A stretch of 64,000 bases of DNA from Octopus sinensis. Lineage: Eukaryota. The DNA is taken from contig NC_043006.1 of assembly GCF_006345805.1 (NCBI RefSeq), positions 45,694,001 through 45,758,000 on the forward strand, in the 5' to 3' direction. The stretch's first letter is position 1; each line of letters starts with the position of its first letter. Shown in pieces: positions 38,448-51,095 of this stretch. The translations under genes were made by a program, and so were the position numbers. The notes under the pieces are model-generated. The model did no database searches, was not told the DNA's origin, and saw nothing but the letters and a program-made list of their open reading frames with translations.

Positions 38448-39525
38448 AGGCGGTGAGCTGGCAGAAACGTTAGCACACCGGGCGAAATGCGTAGCTGTAT
38501 TTCGTCTGCTGTTACGTTCTGAGTTCAAATTCCGCCGAGGTCGACTTTGCCTTTCATCCTTTCGGGGTCGATTAAATAAGTACCAGTAACGCACTGGGGT
38601 CGATATAATCGACTTAATCCGTTTGTCTGTCCTTGTTTGTCCTCTCTGTGTTTAGCCCCTTGTGGGTAGTAAAGAAATAGGTATTTCGTCTATCTTTATG
38701 TTCTGAGTTCAAATTCTACTGGGGTCAACTTTGCCTTTCATCCTTTTGGTGTTGATAAATTAGAACAGTTGGTTCTGGATTCAATGTACAAGATGGGATG
38801 GTCACAAGTGGAATAGGTATAGGAGTGGCTGTGTGGTAAGTGCTTATGAACCACATAGTTCCAGGTTCAGTCCCACTGCGTGGCACCTTGGGCAAGTGTC
38901 TTCTACTATAGCCTCGGGCCGACCAAAGTCTTGTGAGTGGATTTGGTAGACTGAAACTGAAAGAAGCCCGTCATATATATATGTATGTGTGTATGTGTGT
39001 GTGTATATGTTTGTGTGTCTGTGTTTCTCCCCCCAACATCGCTTGACAACCAATGCTGGTGTGTTTTCGTCCCTGTAACTTAGCGGTTCGGCAAAAGAGA
39101 CCGATCGAATAAGTACTAAGCTTACAAAGAATAAGTCCTGGGGTCGATTTGCTCGACTAAAAGGCGGTGCTCCAGCATGGCCACAGTCAAATGACTGAAA
39201 CAAGTAAAAGAGTAAATTAAGTACCAGTTGCATACTGGTGTCAATCTAATTGAGTGGCCTCCCCCCCCTAAAATTTCAGGCCTTGTGCCTAGAGTGAAAA
39301 AGAATATTTAAAGGCAGCGAGCTGGCAGAAACGTTAGCATGCTGGGTGAAATGCTTAGCAGTATTTCGTTAGTCTTTACATTCTGAGTTCAAATTCCACT
39401 AAGGTCGATTTTGCCTTTCATCCTTTTAGGGTTGATAAATTAAGCACCAGTTGTGTACTGGGTAGATCTAATCGACTGCACCCATCCCCCAAAAATTCAC
39501 AGGCTTTATGCCTAGAGTAAAAAAG
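38448..39525 (+). mobile_element. SINE cluster: young SINE B (38448-38680), a partial B interrupted by SINE A (38817-39215), and a further B (39310-39525)
   Basis: Family matches. The B fragment at 38680-38760 resumes at ~39215 (aattaagtaccagttg). Confidence 0.85.
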
Positions 39526-40170
39526 AAATACAAATTAAATACAAGGTTAATAACCTGAAAAATTACAATCTTACATGAATTATTTTACCTTTCAAAAATT
39601 TGGGAAAAATGAAAAAAAGAAAAAAGCTTTTTTTTGTTATTTTTGTTGGTTTGTTTCACTTCAACTAAACATCTTTGTGCAATAAAATAATGGGAAGCAG
39701 GCCATGGTTTTATGAGCTAAATTTCTCTCTGTTTCACACACTGCTATAATAGCTTGGTACACGTTGCTCACTTTCCTTTGCTCTCTCTCTCTCCCCATCC
39801 ATCCCCCTATCTCTCATACACATGTGTACACATACACACACACACACAGTTAAGCTGTTTTGCAAAACAAAACAAAAAAAAGTTGTCAAACTTCTAACCA
39901 TTTTTGGGATTATCTAATCAGCAAGTTCTTTGATTAATTAATTCAGACCAAAATAGAATTAAGAAAACAAGAGCTTTTCTTATTGTCTGGACAATTAGAT
40001 ATTTTCATTAAAATCTTCTGACTTGGGAAACAGAAACTGCATTATGAAGAGAGAAGGCAACACCATTCAGATATTTCCTATCACCATCATCACCATCATC
40101 ACTACCACCAGCAACAATAGTAACAACAACATTATGGGATTTCTCTTTGTTTGATGCAGTAGCTCTAAAC

Positions 40171-40265
40171 CAGTGGTCCCTAACAAGGGTCCACAAGACC
40201 CTTGCTGAGGGTCCACATAAAGTTTTGTTGTTAAAGTTTACGAGCAATAAATTAATTATACTTCT
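40171..40265. mobile_element. hAT-like MITE left end
   Basis: ctctaaac|cagtggtccctaac...; truncated by SINE A. Confidence 0.5.
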
Positions 40266-40283
40266 AGAATAGGTGTGGCTATT

Positions 40284-41150
40284 AGGCGCAGGAGTGGCTG
40301 TGTGGTAAGAAGCTTGCTTCCCAAACACACGGCTCTGGGTTCAGTCTCACTATGTGGCACCTTGGGCAAGTGTCTTCTACTATAGCCTCTGGCTAACCAG
40401 AGCCTTGTGAGTACATTTGGGAGACAGAAACTGAAAAGAAGCCTATTGTGTGTGTGTGTATATATGTTTGTGTGACTGTGTTTGTCTCTCCATCATCGCT
40501 TTTAATGGACTTCCTCGGCTGACCAAAAGCTTGTGAATTGATTTAGTAGATGGAAACTGAAAGAAACCCATTGTATATATATATATGTGTGTGTGTGTGT
40601 TTGTCTCCCTCACCATTACTTGACAACCGATGTTGGTGTGTTTATGTCACCATAACTTAGCAGTTCGGCAAAAGGGGCTGATTGAATAAGTACTAGGCTT
40701 ACTAAGTATAAGTCCTGGGGTCGATTTGTTTGACTAAAGGCAGTACTCCAGCAAAATGACTGCAGCCATGAAATAAAAGAATATATATATTTATCTATCT
40801 TCTATTTGTCTTATTCATTGGCCCACACTGGAGCATTGTTTTGAAGAGTGTAGTCAAAGAACCTGACCCCAAAACTTATTCCATCAATCTTTTTTGCTGA
40901 GCTTCTAACTTACGGGGACAAACAAATTGGCTCTTGTCATCATTTGGTCATGGGGGACAAACATAACACAAATACAAAAAGACACACACACACACACACA
41001 CATGACTGGCTTCCATAGAATTTCTGTCTACTAGATTCACTTACAAGCATTGGTCAACCTGAGGCTATTGTGGAAAACACTTGCCCAAGGCATCATGCAT
41101 TAGGATTGAACTCACAACCCACATGTTTGCAAAACAAGCTTCTTAACTGC
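40284..41150. mobile_element. SINE A copies tail-to-tail: plus (40284-40780, partly duplicated) and minus (~40790-41150)
   Basis: Family A matches in opposite orientations. Confidence 0.8.
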
Positions 41151-41204
41151 ACCTGTATGTGTGTATGTGTGTGTGTATGGTGTGTGTGTGTGTGTGTGAG
41201 AGAG

Positions 41205-41240
<36 letters not shown>

Positions 41241-41929
41241 AACACCTTATTGGTAACAAAGTTAATTAAAACATTAAGACATTTCAACTTTTATGGGTTT
41301 CAGAAAGTTGAATTTTACCCCTAAAAGAGTGGAAAAAAACCTCCCCATATTCCTTTTTTCCTTTTATTTTCATATATCCTATACATTCCTTTGGACCATG
41401 AAAAGTGTCTTTGGAAGGAAATAACAAAACTGTTTATTTGATTTCAAGTTACTCATGCATGTGTAGGTGTGAAGGTGAGGCCTAACATATTTGTCATGAT
41501 GTGCTTTAGAATTGAGAGCACTTCCAGATATCAAACCACAAGCCTTTCAGAGCCCTGTGTGTGTGTGTGTTCATTTTGTTTTTACATCTGGACTTTCTAT
41601 ACCAGCATGGGTTCGATGAATGACATTATCGAGGCAGTGCTTTACAGTTAGATGCTCATCCTGTCATTAACACTTAGCTGTGTGTCCCTGCCACCCCTGT
41701 AAAGGATTTCTTATTTCACATGTCTCTGAAGAGGTGTACAATTCGTTAACGGGAGGAATATGACAAATAGTGTCACCACTTGTAGCTTGCAGTATTTGGA
41801 GAATATGCAAAACAAACACACAGACACACACACATGTATGTATACACACACATGCATCTGTATACACACACATGCATCTGTATATATATGCACACACACA
41901 CAAGATGGGCTTCTTCCAGCCAGTGCCTG

Positions 41930-42470
41930 CCTCTTTTACTCTTTTACTTGTTTCAGTCATTTGACTGTGGCCATGCTGGAGCACTGCCTTTAGTCGAACA
42001 AATCGACCCCAGGACTTATTCTTTGTAAGCCTAGAACTTATTCTATCGGTCTCTTTTGCCGAACCACTAAGCATCACGCACCAGCATCGGTTGTCAAGCG
42101 ATGTTGGGGAGGGGGGGATAAACACAGACACACAAACACACACACACACATACACATATTTATATACATATATACGATGGGCTTCTTTCAGTTTCCATCT
42201 ACCAAATCCACCCACAAGGCTTTGGTCGGCCCAAGGCTATAGTAGAAGACACTTGCCCAAGGTGCCATGCAGTGGGACTGAACCCGGAACCATGTGGTTG
42301 GTAGGCAAGCTGCTTACCACACAGCAACTTCTACACCTACAAAATTCTTTTACAAGGTTTTTCTTTGTCTAGGGCTAAAGTAGAAGACACTTGTCTAAGA
42401 TATTGTCCCATGAGATTGAACCTGAAAGCATGTGGTTGGGAAGCAAATTTCTTAACCACACAGCCATGTC
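41930..42470 (-). mobile_element. SINE A, full copy plus a partial second head
   Basis: Family A match. Confidence 0.85.
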
Positions 42471-42694
42471 TGTGCCATATATATATATGTGTGTGTGTGT
42501 GTGTATTTAATATTTAGGTGTCTGTCTGTCTCTCTCTCTCTTCATCATTTATGTATTATATTCTCAATTAGAAAAATATGACAATTCCTAATTGTGTTTG
42601 TTAGATTTCAAGTCAGTCAGTACAAAGATAAAAAAAAAATATATAATCTCCACTCTTCCCCCTCTTCTTCACCTTATTCATCTTTCCTCTTTTC

Positions 42695-42973
42695 CAGGGC
42701 TGTGGAGTCGGCGTTGGAAGCAATAAAGGGGTAGCTGGAGTCGGAGTCGGTAAAACTATACCAACTCTGATTCTGATTCACAATATCTTTATTCTTTAAT
42801 ATAAACCAGCTATAACATTTAGGCCTACTCAAAGTACAAGCGTATGCATATGCTTTATGAGATATGTAGACCACAGTCACTTAATTACATAAAGAGGAGT
42901 CAGAGTCAGAGTCGGAGGTGCCAATAGCACAGGAGTCGGAGTCAAAGTCTTTTGTTTCGACTCCACAGCCCTG
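42695..42973. mobile_element. hAT-like GACTCC MITE, copy 2 (inverted relative to 26955-27281)
   Basis: TIRs cagggctgtggagtcg / cgactccacagccctg. Degenerate TSD ctcttttc / ctcctttt. Confidence 0.88.
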
Positions 42974-43261
42974 CTCCTTTTTCATCCCTATCTTCTCTTT
43001 GAACTGAACAACAATGGTTTCAAATTTTGGCAGAAAGCCAACAATTTCGGGGCAGTGGGGTAGGTCAAATACATCAATCCCAATACATGACTGGTACTTA
43101 TTTTTATTCACTCTGGAAGGGATGAAAGGCAAAGTTGTCCCCAGCAAAATTTGAGCTCAGAACATAAAGTTGGATGAAATACCACTAAGCATTTTATCTG
43201 GCATGCTAACAATTCTGCCAGCTCACCACCTTAATAATAACAATAATAATAATGATAGTGA

Positions 43262-43302
<41 letters not shown>

Positions 43303-43304
<2 letters not shown>

Positions 43305-43841
43305 GGCAGTGGCTCTCATGGCTTCTGATCTTAACTGATTGGAAGTGTTATCATGTACATTGTTTTGTCTTGGTATAAAAGATGGACTAAAGCAAATATT
43401 CCATTCAACACCACAGATTTGCTTGTCAGTTGTTTGACTGTAACCAGTTGACCATGTCCCTTAGTGGCTGACGATATGTGCATCTATGATCATGAGCAGA
43501 AGTTGTTGGGGAGCATCATAGCCATGTGTTGAGAGGGATTCTTTGGGGTTTGAATAATTCCCCTCTGGAAACATGGGTGTTTCGTTCAACATCCTTAAGC
43601 AACCCTTATTCAGGGACCTTTTGAGTGGGATGGGTTACTCGACCTGAAGAAAATTCTAACTGGGCCCCACCTGCAAGGTCATGTGCTGTTTATCTTGATA
43701 TGAGATCACCGTGTTGTGCACATATGGTTGTTATGCATGTGCCTAGTGTATCCTTATCAGACAGGTAGTCATGATGGGTGTACTGGGCTTTGTATATTTT
43801 ACCCCAGTATCACTTTGATGGCATGCACTGCTCTCTCACTC
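43303..43841 (+). mobile_element. Non-coding retroelement 3' region embedded in (AAT)n
   Basis: AAT repeats on both sides; homologue at 12309-12739. Confidence 0.8.
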
Positions 43842-44779
43842 AATAATAATAATAATAATAATAATATAATAATAATAATAATAATAATAGTAATAATCCT
43901 TTCTGCTATAGGTACAAGACCTGAAATTTTGGGGGCTTGTCAATTATATCGACCCCAGTGCTCTAGTAGTATTGTTTCATAGGCTCTTAAAAATATGAGA
44001 GAAAATAACCATAGCAGAACTGGTTTTTTATTGTAGAAAAACTTATGTGACTATTCACATTTTGAGAAGGTAGAAGTGATCAGATGGTGCTGGAAAGTGA
44101 TAAAAAAAAAATTGATGGGGTGGTGTCAACGGCATGGTCCTTCAAAGTATGAAGGTGGGTAGGAAAAGGTGGAACAGTGGCATCAGAAATGAGTAGGGGA
44201 TGTCTGATTGTGTGGAGCAGCAGAAATAGTAATAATGATACAGTAAACAGAAGGATGAAAGACAGATAGACAGAGAAAGGGTGATGATGTAATATATATA
44301 ATAAAAAAGCAAAGGTGGTTGGAATTGCTACTAAATAAGGATCAGTGTATCCTAGCCCCCATCCATCCTCCATTCCAGGCGCTATTTCCTCTCCCAGCTG
44401 CACCCTCCAGGCAGAAATAAATCACTGGCGCTTTCTCACACAGTCTAATTTTCCCACTTGTAACCTACCCAGTAGGTCTAAACTTATCTGCACAATATCA
44501 TGTTGAACAGGATTAGTGATAGGTGGCGGCGGAGCATTCTCAAAGACATTCAGAACATTCTTTAGTGACTAAGGATTGTCATAGTTGCATGTGTTTTTGA
44601 ATATTCTTTTATCAGATTAGCTTTCACACTGATTTAGTTGAAATGTAATCAAATATAAAGACTAGAATTTGAGAAGACTGATGGTGATCAAATACAGTGA
44701 CAATTTAACCTGCCTCATTTTTAGTTTTTAGTTCAGAGGTAATATTGTCTCCAGTGTTGCATGATCTGAACTTCAAGTA

Positions 44780-45490
44780 GGTGCAGAGGCGTGGCTGCGT
44801 GTTAAGAAAATTTCTTCCCAATCACATGGTTTCAAGTTCAGTCCACAGTGTTGCACCTTTGGCAAGTGTCTTCTAATCTTGCCTCAAACTGACCAAAGCC
44901 TTGTGAGTGGGTATAAGTGATTAAAACTGAAAGTAGCCCATTGTGTGGAGGCGCAATGGCCAAGTGGTTATGGCAGTGGACTCACAATGGGATGATCGCA
45001 GTTTCAATCCCCAGACCGGACGTATATGTGTTTATTGAGTGAAAACACCTAAAAGCTCCACAAGGCTCTGGCAGGGGGTGGTGGTGACCCCTGTTGTACT
45101 CTTTTGCCACAATTTCTCTCATTCTCTCTTCCTGTTTCTTGAGTAATGCTGCGATGGACTGGCATCCCGTCCAGCTGGGGGGAACACATACACCACAGAA
45201 ACCGGGCCAATGAGCCTGGCTAGGCTTGAAAAGGACAAAGAGAGAGCCCATTGTAACTCTGTGTGTGTGTTCATGTGTGTATGTGTGTGTGTATTTGTTT
45301 GTCTCCTACCACTGCTTGACAACCAGTGTTGATGTGCTTATTTCCCCATAACTTAGCAGTTTGGCAAAGGGGTCCAATAAAATAAGTACATGGCTTAAAA
45401 AAAAAGTACTGGGGTCGATTTGCTCCACTAAAATTCTTCAAAGTAGTACCCCAGTATGGCCACAGTCTAATGACAAACAAGTAAAAGGTA
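44780..45490 (+). mobile_element. SINE C (44945-45244) nested in SINE A with a 10-bp TSD
   Basis: TSD agcccattgt at 44935-44944 and 45245-45254. Confidence 0.85.
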
Positions 45491-46140
45491 TAAATTCCTT
45501 TTGGGGACTGAGGAATATAGAATGAAATTCAAAAGTAGCTTTCAGCTCTAGGCGTAGGAATGGATGTGTGATTAAGAAGCTTGGTTGTGGTTAAGAAGTA
45601 ATGGTTATCGTTGCTTTAATTGATCTCCAGATCCATATTCCATTGGCAGAGTTGCAAAAACACAATGGTTTTCAGTTGTATTTATTTAAAATAGTGTGGT
45701 TTAGAAGCTTGTTTTGTAATCATATGGTTTCATGGTTCAATTCCACCATATGGCACCTTTGTGAAGTGTCTTTTATTATAGCCCCGATCCAACCAATGCC
45801 TTGTGAGTGAATTTTGTAGACAGAAACTGTGTGGAATCCTGTTGTGTATACACACTCATACATACACACACACGTGCGCGCGTATGCATGTCATTGTGTC
45901 TTTGTACTCCCTGCTGCCCAGCAATTGGTTTTGATTTATGTTATGATAACTTAGTAGTCTGGCAAACCAAATCAACAAAATATATATCAGACTGTAAGTA
46001 ATGGGGTCAAATTGTTCGGCTAAACCCCAGCATGGCCATAGTCGAATGACTGAAGCAAGTAAAAGATGAAAAATCTCCAGAAATCTTTTGGAATATAACT
46101 GAAGAAACTGCATATTTTATAGCTTGTCATGGAACAAGCA

Positions 46141-46161
46141 GTAGGAATAAGCAGCAGCAGC

Positions 46162-46212
<51 letters not shown>

Positions 46213-46348
46213 TGTGGTAGTAGTAGTAGTAGCAGCAGCAGCAGTAGTAGTAGTAGCAGCAGCTGTAGTAGTATTAGTAGTAGCAGCAGCTGTAGTAGTA
46301 ATATTAGTAGTAGCAGCAGCAGAGGCTTTAGTAGTAGTAGTAGCAGCA
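46141..46348. repeat. Mosaic (AGC/AGT)n trinucleotide repeat
   Basis: Seen directly; it explains the poly-S and poly-T ORFs. Confidence 0.95.
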
Positions 46349-48276
46349 GCAGCAGCTGCAGTAGTAGACATTTTGGAGTGTGGGTGAGGGGGTGGGAAAG
46401 TTTAAAAGGAAAATAGTGTCTTTTGTGTATGAGACTGTATTAATGTTGTTTATTCAACTTTGAAGAAGTTATTGTCCTAGTTAATGTTCTGCTTTTGTGT
46501 TAATTACATACCAGTATGATTTGTAGGTCTTTCACAGCTGGAATGAAGAATGATTGTTTCTAGTATTAGTTTTACTAGACTGAAGAATGATCTGTTCCTG
46601 TGAGTGACTATTTAAGAACCCAGATGGGTAGCTGAGTTGATAAAATAGCAGACAAACACCTGTTTTAGGTTTATTGGTCTATATCCTAACACTGTGCTGT
46701 ATTTGTGGTCATCATACTTAATTCTAACAGATAAAATGGAATCAAAGGAAGGTGGTGGTGGTGGTCTGTGTTGGAAAGATTTGTGCTGTTAAAAGTGAAG
46801 GAAAGAGTACAGTGAAATTGCCATGGAGAGTGCAGTATCTAGAGTTTTATATCCTCAACAGTTCAGCAACTGGCTGCAACTGATGGGGAACAGAAGACAG
46901 TGTGAGCTTGCATGCAAAGACAGAAAGTCATAGAAGAGAAGAACAAAATGAGAGAGGGAGAGTGGAAGATAAAGAGAAGAATGTGAGGGTGAGGTGAAAG
47001 GAAAAAGCGCTTAAAGAAATAAAAGGAACAATGTTTCATATTCAAACTTAGGATTATGGCACCAATGGGTTTAAAGGAATATCTTTCTTTCTACTCCTTA
47101 ACCCCTTCTTTGTTCAGTAATCCCATTTTCATCCTTCAGCTCTCCTCTCACCTCAATTTCTTTCCCCTCTACCTTACCCTCTGCCATGTTCAAATCCTTC
47201 TGTAAAATGCTTTGGCAGAATTGTTAGGGTGCCAGAAAAAATGTCTTGCATCAACTTACATTCTGAGATCAAACCCTGCTGAGGTAAACTTTGCCTTTAA
47301 TGTCTTCCAAGTCAATGAATCCTATAATTTTCAGGCCTTTTACCTATAGTATAAACTATTTAAGAGGGATTAATCAGAATTGGTAAACCATCAGGCAAAA
47401 TGCCTATCAGTATTACTTCCAGCTCTTTACATTAAGATTTCAGATTGGAGCCTGGTACAGCCATCTGGTTTGCCAGTCCTCAGTGAAATCAGCCAACCCA
47501 TGCCAGCATGGAAAGCGGACGTTAAACGATGATGAGGAGGAGGATTTCAAATCCTGTTGAAGTCAACTTTGCCTTTTGTCTCACCAGGATCATCCTAATA
47601 AAGCATCTATCAATTACTGAGGGTTGATGAAGGAGGGGCTAAGTTGATTCAACTTAGCCCCTCCCCTTAAAAGTTGCTGGCCTTGTGCTTAAACTAGAAG
47701 CAGTTATTATTATGGTGATGAATGGCGAAAATCAGTAGTCCATGTCTTGCAGTATTTAATTATGTTCCTTTGCACTCTGAGTTCAAATCTAGCTGAAATC
47801 GACTTTTATTTTCCATTCTTCCAATCACAAAATAAAATATGTACTGGGTCTCTGTCTGTACCCTGCTCAGTTGAGAGATCTTATCTTACTGGTACTTGGC
47901 AACCCCACCAATGGGGGTGTCACTTAAAAGGCACCCAATAATTCTGTTAAATGGTTAGCATTAGGATGGGCATCCAACTGTAGAAACCATACCAAAGCAG
48001 ACGTAGAACCTGGTGGAGCCCTCTGGCTCCTCTGTTCTTGTCAAACCACCCAACCCATTGCAGCACAGAAAAAAGAATGTTAAATGATGATAACGATGAT
48101 GAGGGTCATGTACTGGGGTTGATATGACTCAACTCTTTCACTCTATATTTTCTTTCTCTTTATTCAAAATGCAACACTACATTTATTTTCATTTTATGTT
48201 GTAAGTTTCATAAAATAAATATTATAAAACTTTCATCTTTTGTGTTAAAAATAAACATTCACTCTTGTTACTAAGA

Positions 48277-48358
48277 TACTAATGGTCTTTTTTTTTTCTT
48301 TGTGTTTGTTTAGGTAAGTGTTTCTCTGCTACCATTTTCTTTGCTGCTAGTGGTGAGT
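48277..48358 (+). promoter_or_regulatory. Candidate recursive splice site / RS-exon (branch point, polypyrimidine tract, AG|GTAAGT, 39 nt, GTGAGT)
   Basis: TACTAAT at 48277-48283; U-rich tract with no intervening AG; AG at 48312-48313 followed directly by GTAAGT; second donor GTGAGT at 48353. Confidence 0.45.
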
Positions 48359-49312
48359 ATGTTATTATTGGTTGTTACCTTTTAAATCGGACTCCCTCTT
48401 TAATATATTTAAAAAAAAAAAAAAAACTAATATTAAGTCAATAAAAGATATTTATAATAATCTTAATCTGCTTGTTACCACATTTGTGTGTTTGAGTGTT
48501 ATGCTTTAAACAACCTTAACTATGAAGCTGAAATGAAGACATAATTGAAATCTTTAATATGAAGAAAACAAGTTGGAGGATTAGGTTCTAAACAATGTTA
48601 ACCATAGTATAAAATCAAATTATAATTGAAATTTTTAATGTAATCAAACAGTGCTCTGAAGATCCATAAATTTATGTATCAAAATAAAATATGTACATAT
48701 ATATATATATATGTTTATATATGTGTGTTTGTGTTGAAAGAGTAGAAAATGGATTATTCTCAGTGCAGCACTCAACCCTAGCTTGAGGCTATCTATGCTC
48801 TTGAATTGTAGTCTTAAGACTGAAATTCTTCAGGTGTAGAAAATCCAGGTGTCACATCGGTAAAACCAATGTATGAGTCTAACAGAAAGTAAAATGTAAT
48901 CCAAATTAGAAGACAAAGAAATAGTTTATCACATCATTAATGACCATTTAAAATTGTTTCAGTGCCAACTCTGTTTTTAATGTCATTACATGCAAAAAAG
49001 CTCAATGTGAAAAGTTATGTAATATTTGCAGTTTTAAATACTAAAGTGGCACTTCACTAGATTTGCCTTGTAAGAGCGCATCTTTTAATGCAAGTCTGAC
49101 GAAGTGCTACTCTAGTGTTTAAAACCCATGAATATTTTGTAACTTTTCATATGGAACTTTTGAATGGATTGGTATTAAAAACAGGGTGGTAAAGAATCAA
49201 TTGTAACTAGTCATCTTTCTTTGTCTTATTTGGATTATATATATAAATACACACACACACACGTATATACATGAAACCATATAGGATATTTTACATTATA
49301 TACACACGTATA

Positions 49313-49344
<32 letters not shown>

Positions 49345-49345
49345 C

Positions 49346-49399
<54 letters not shown>

Positions 49400-49418
49400 C
49401 ACACACATATATATATAC

Positions 49419-49469
<51 letters not shown>

Positions 49470-49487
49470 ATATATATATATATACAC

Positions 49488-49518
<31 letters not shown>

Positions 49519-49519
49519 T

Positions 49520-49581
<62 letters not shown>

Positions 49582-49985
49582 GTAAACATATCCAATCTTT
49601 CTGCTGTTTTCACAGCTATACTGCATTTGAAATATTACTTTCTTGCCTGTAAAATACGAAACACATTCGACACTTACAAAGTTTGTTTACAAAATGTTGT
49701 TGCATTTCAAAAGCTATTATTATTATTTAACACTTAATTTGACAGAGATTGTTATCAGTGGGCAGTTTAGCTTAATGGTATAGAGTACTCAGCTTGTATT
49801 GGGCAGATGCGGGTTTGACTCCCATAGCCGTCCGCTGACAACTTTTTCTGTCATATAAGGGGAAAATACCCAATCTTTCTGCTGTTTTCATGGCTGTACT
49901 GCATTCGAAATTTACTTTCTTATCTGTAAAATTTGTGTGTGTGTGTGTGTGTGTGTGAGTATGTATATACATATATGTGTGTATA

Positions 49986-50834
49986 CTAGGTCTGATCAAT
50001 AAGTAGTAATGAAGCTAAAGCACGTAGAGTGAAGCCACTTGGCAGAGATTGGCCTTGAGCTCTATTGTTTTAACATTCTAGCTCACTTCTGCTGTTACAG
50101 CAGTGCTTGGAAGGAAGGTGTGTAGCATGTGATCGTTGCATTGACCATAACAGAGAAAGTTGTCAAGGCGATACTTGCTCAGAGGCTTGGGCAATGTTGC
50201 AGAAAGTTTATGGAGAGGAGTGTATGAGCTCCACACAAGTGTACGAGTGGTTCAGACATTTCCAAGATGGCCAAAAAAATGTCAATATTGACGAACATTC
50301 TGGGAGACCTGCAACCAGCAGAACAGGTGTGTATGCAACTGTAAGGGAAAATCATCAAATTGCCATCCATGAGTTATCAGAGAATGTGCAGATTAGTTAC
50401 AGTTCAGTTGAGTGTCATTATCACTAAAGATTTGGGTATGAGACGCGTGTCTGCCAAATTTGTGCCAAAACTATTTTCAGCTGACCAAAAAGACACTCAG
50501 GTTTCAGTTGCACAAGATCTCCTTGATTGTGTCGAGAACGATGAAAACTTTTTGAAAATTTTGTGTAGGACTCTGAGCAGGTATTGCCAAGCTTTTGGCA
50601 AAATTTGATGCAGATTCTCTGCTCAACTTTCTCTGTCATGGTCAATGTGACGATCATGCACTACACACTTTCCTTCCAAGCATTGCTGTACACAGCAGAA
50701 GTGAGTTAGAATGTTAAAATCTCATGCACATTTACAGCAGACTTTAAGGTGAATCTGTGCCAAGCGGTTTTACTTTGTGTTCTTTTGGCTTCGTTACTAT
50801 GGCAACAGTCCGGATACTTATTGATCAGACCACG
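49986..50834. mobile_element. Mariner derivative made of two inverted 5' ends
   Basis: TIRs ctaggtctgatcaataagta / tacttattgatcagaccacg with TA flanks. The plus arm encodes ...VYGEECMSSTQVYEWFRHF...HSGRP...LGMRRVSAKFVPK; the minus arm encodes MTEKVEQRICIKFCQKLG. Confidence 0.9.
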
Positions 50835-50986
50835 TACAATGGAAAATATCTCATTTGGTTTCAGACTTGTTCCACTGCTTGACACGATAGGCATATTTCT
50901 TCCATTATACTCTTTAAGGTAACCAGTATCTTGTGTGTGGGAAAGGAAAAATTTGGTTGAGACATTATGCTGAAGTACATCTTGTG

Positions 50987-51095
<109 letters not shown>

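Noticed and set aside
46117-46416. Poly-Thr/Ala and poly-Ser ORFs resembling mucin or antifreeze proteins
   Set aside because: Pure AGC/AGT triplet repeat with no splice context or non-repetitive coding flank.
50890-50925. Second AG|GT site (ctctttaag|gtaacc)
   Set aside because: Weak donor and no clear branch point; expected by chance in AT-rich DNA.
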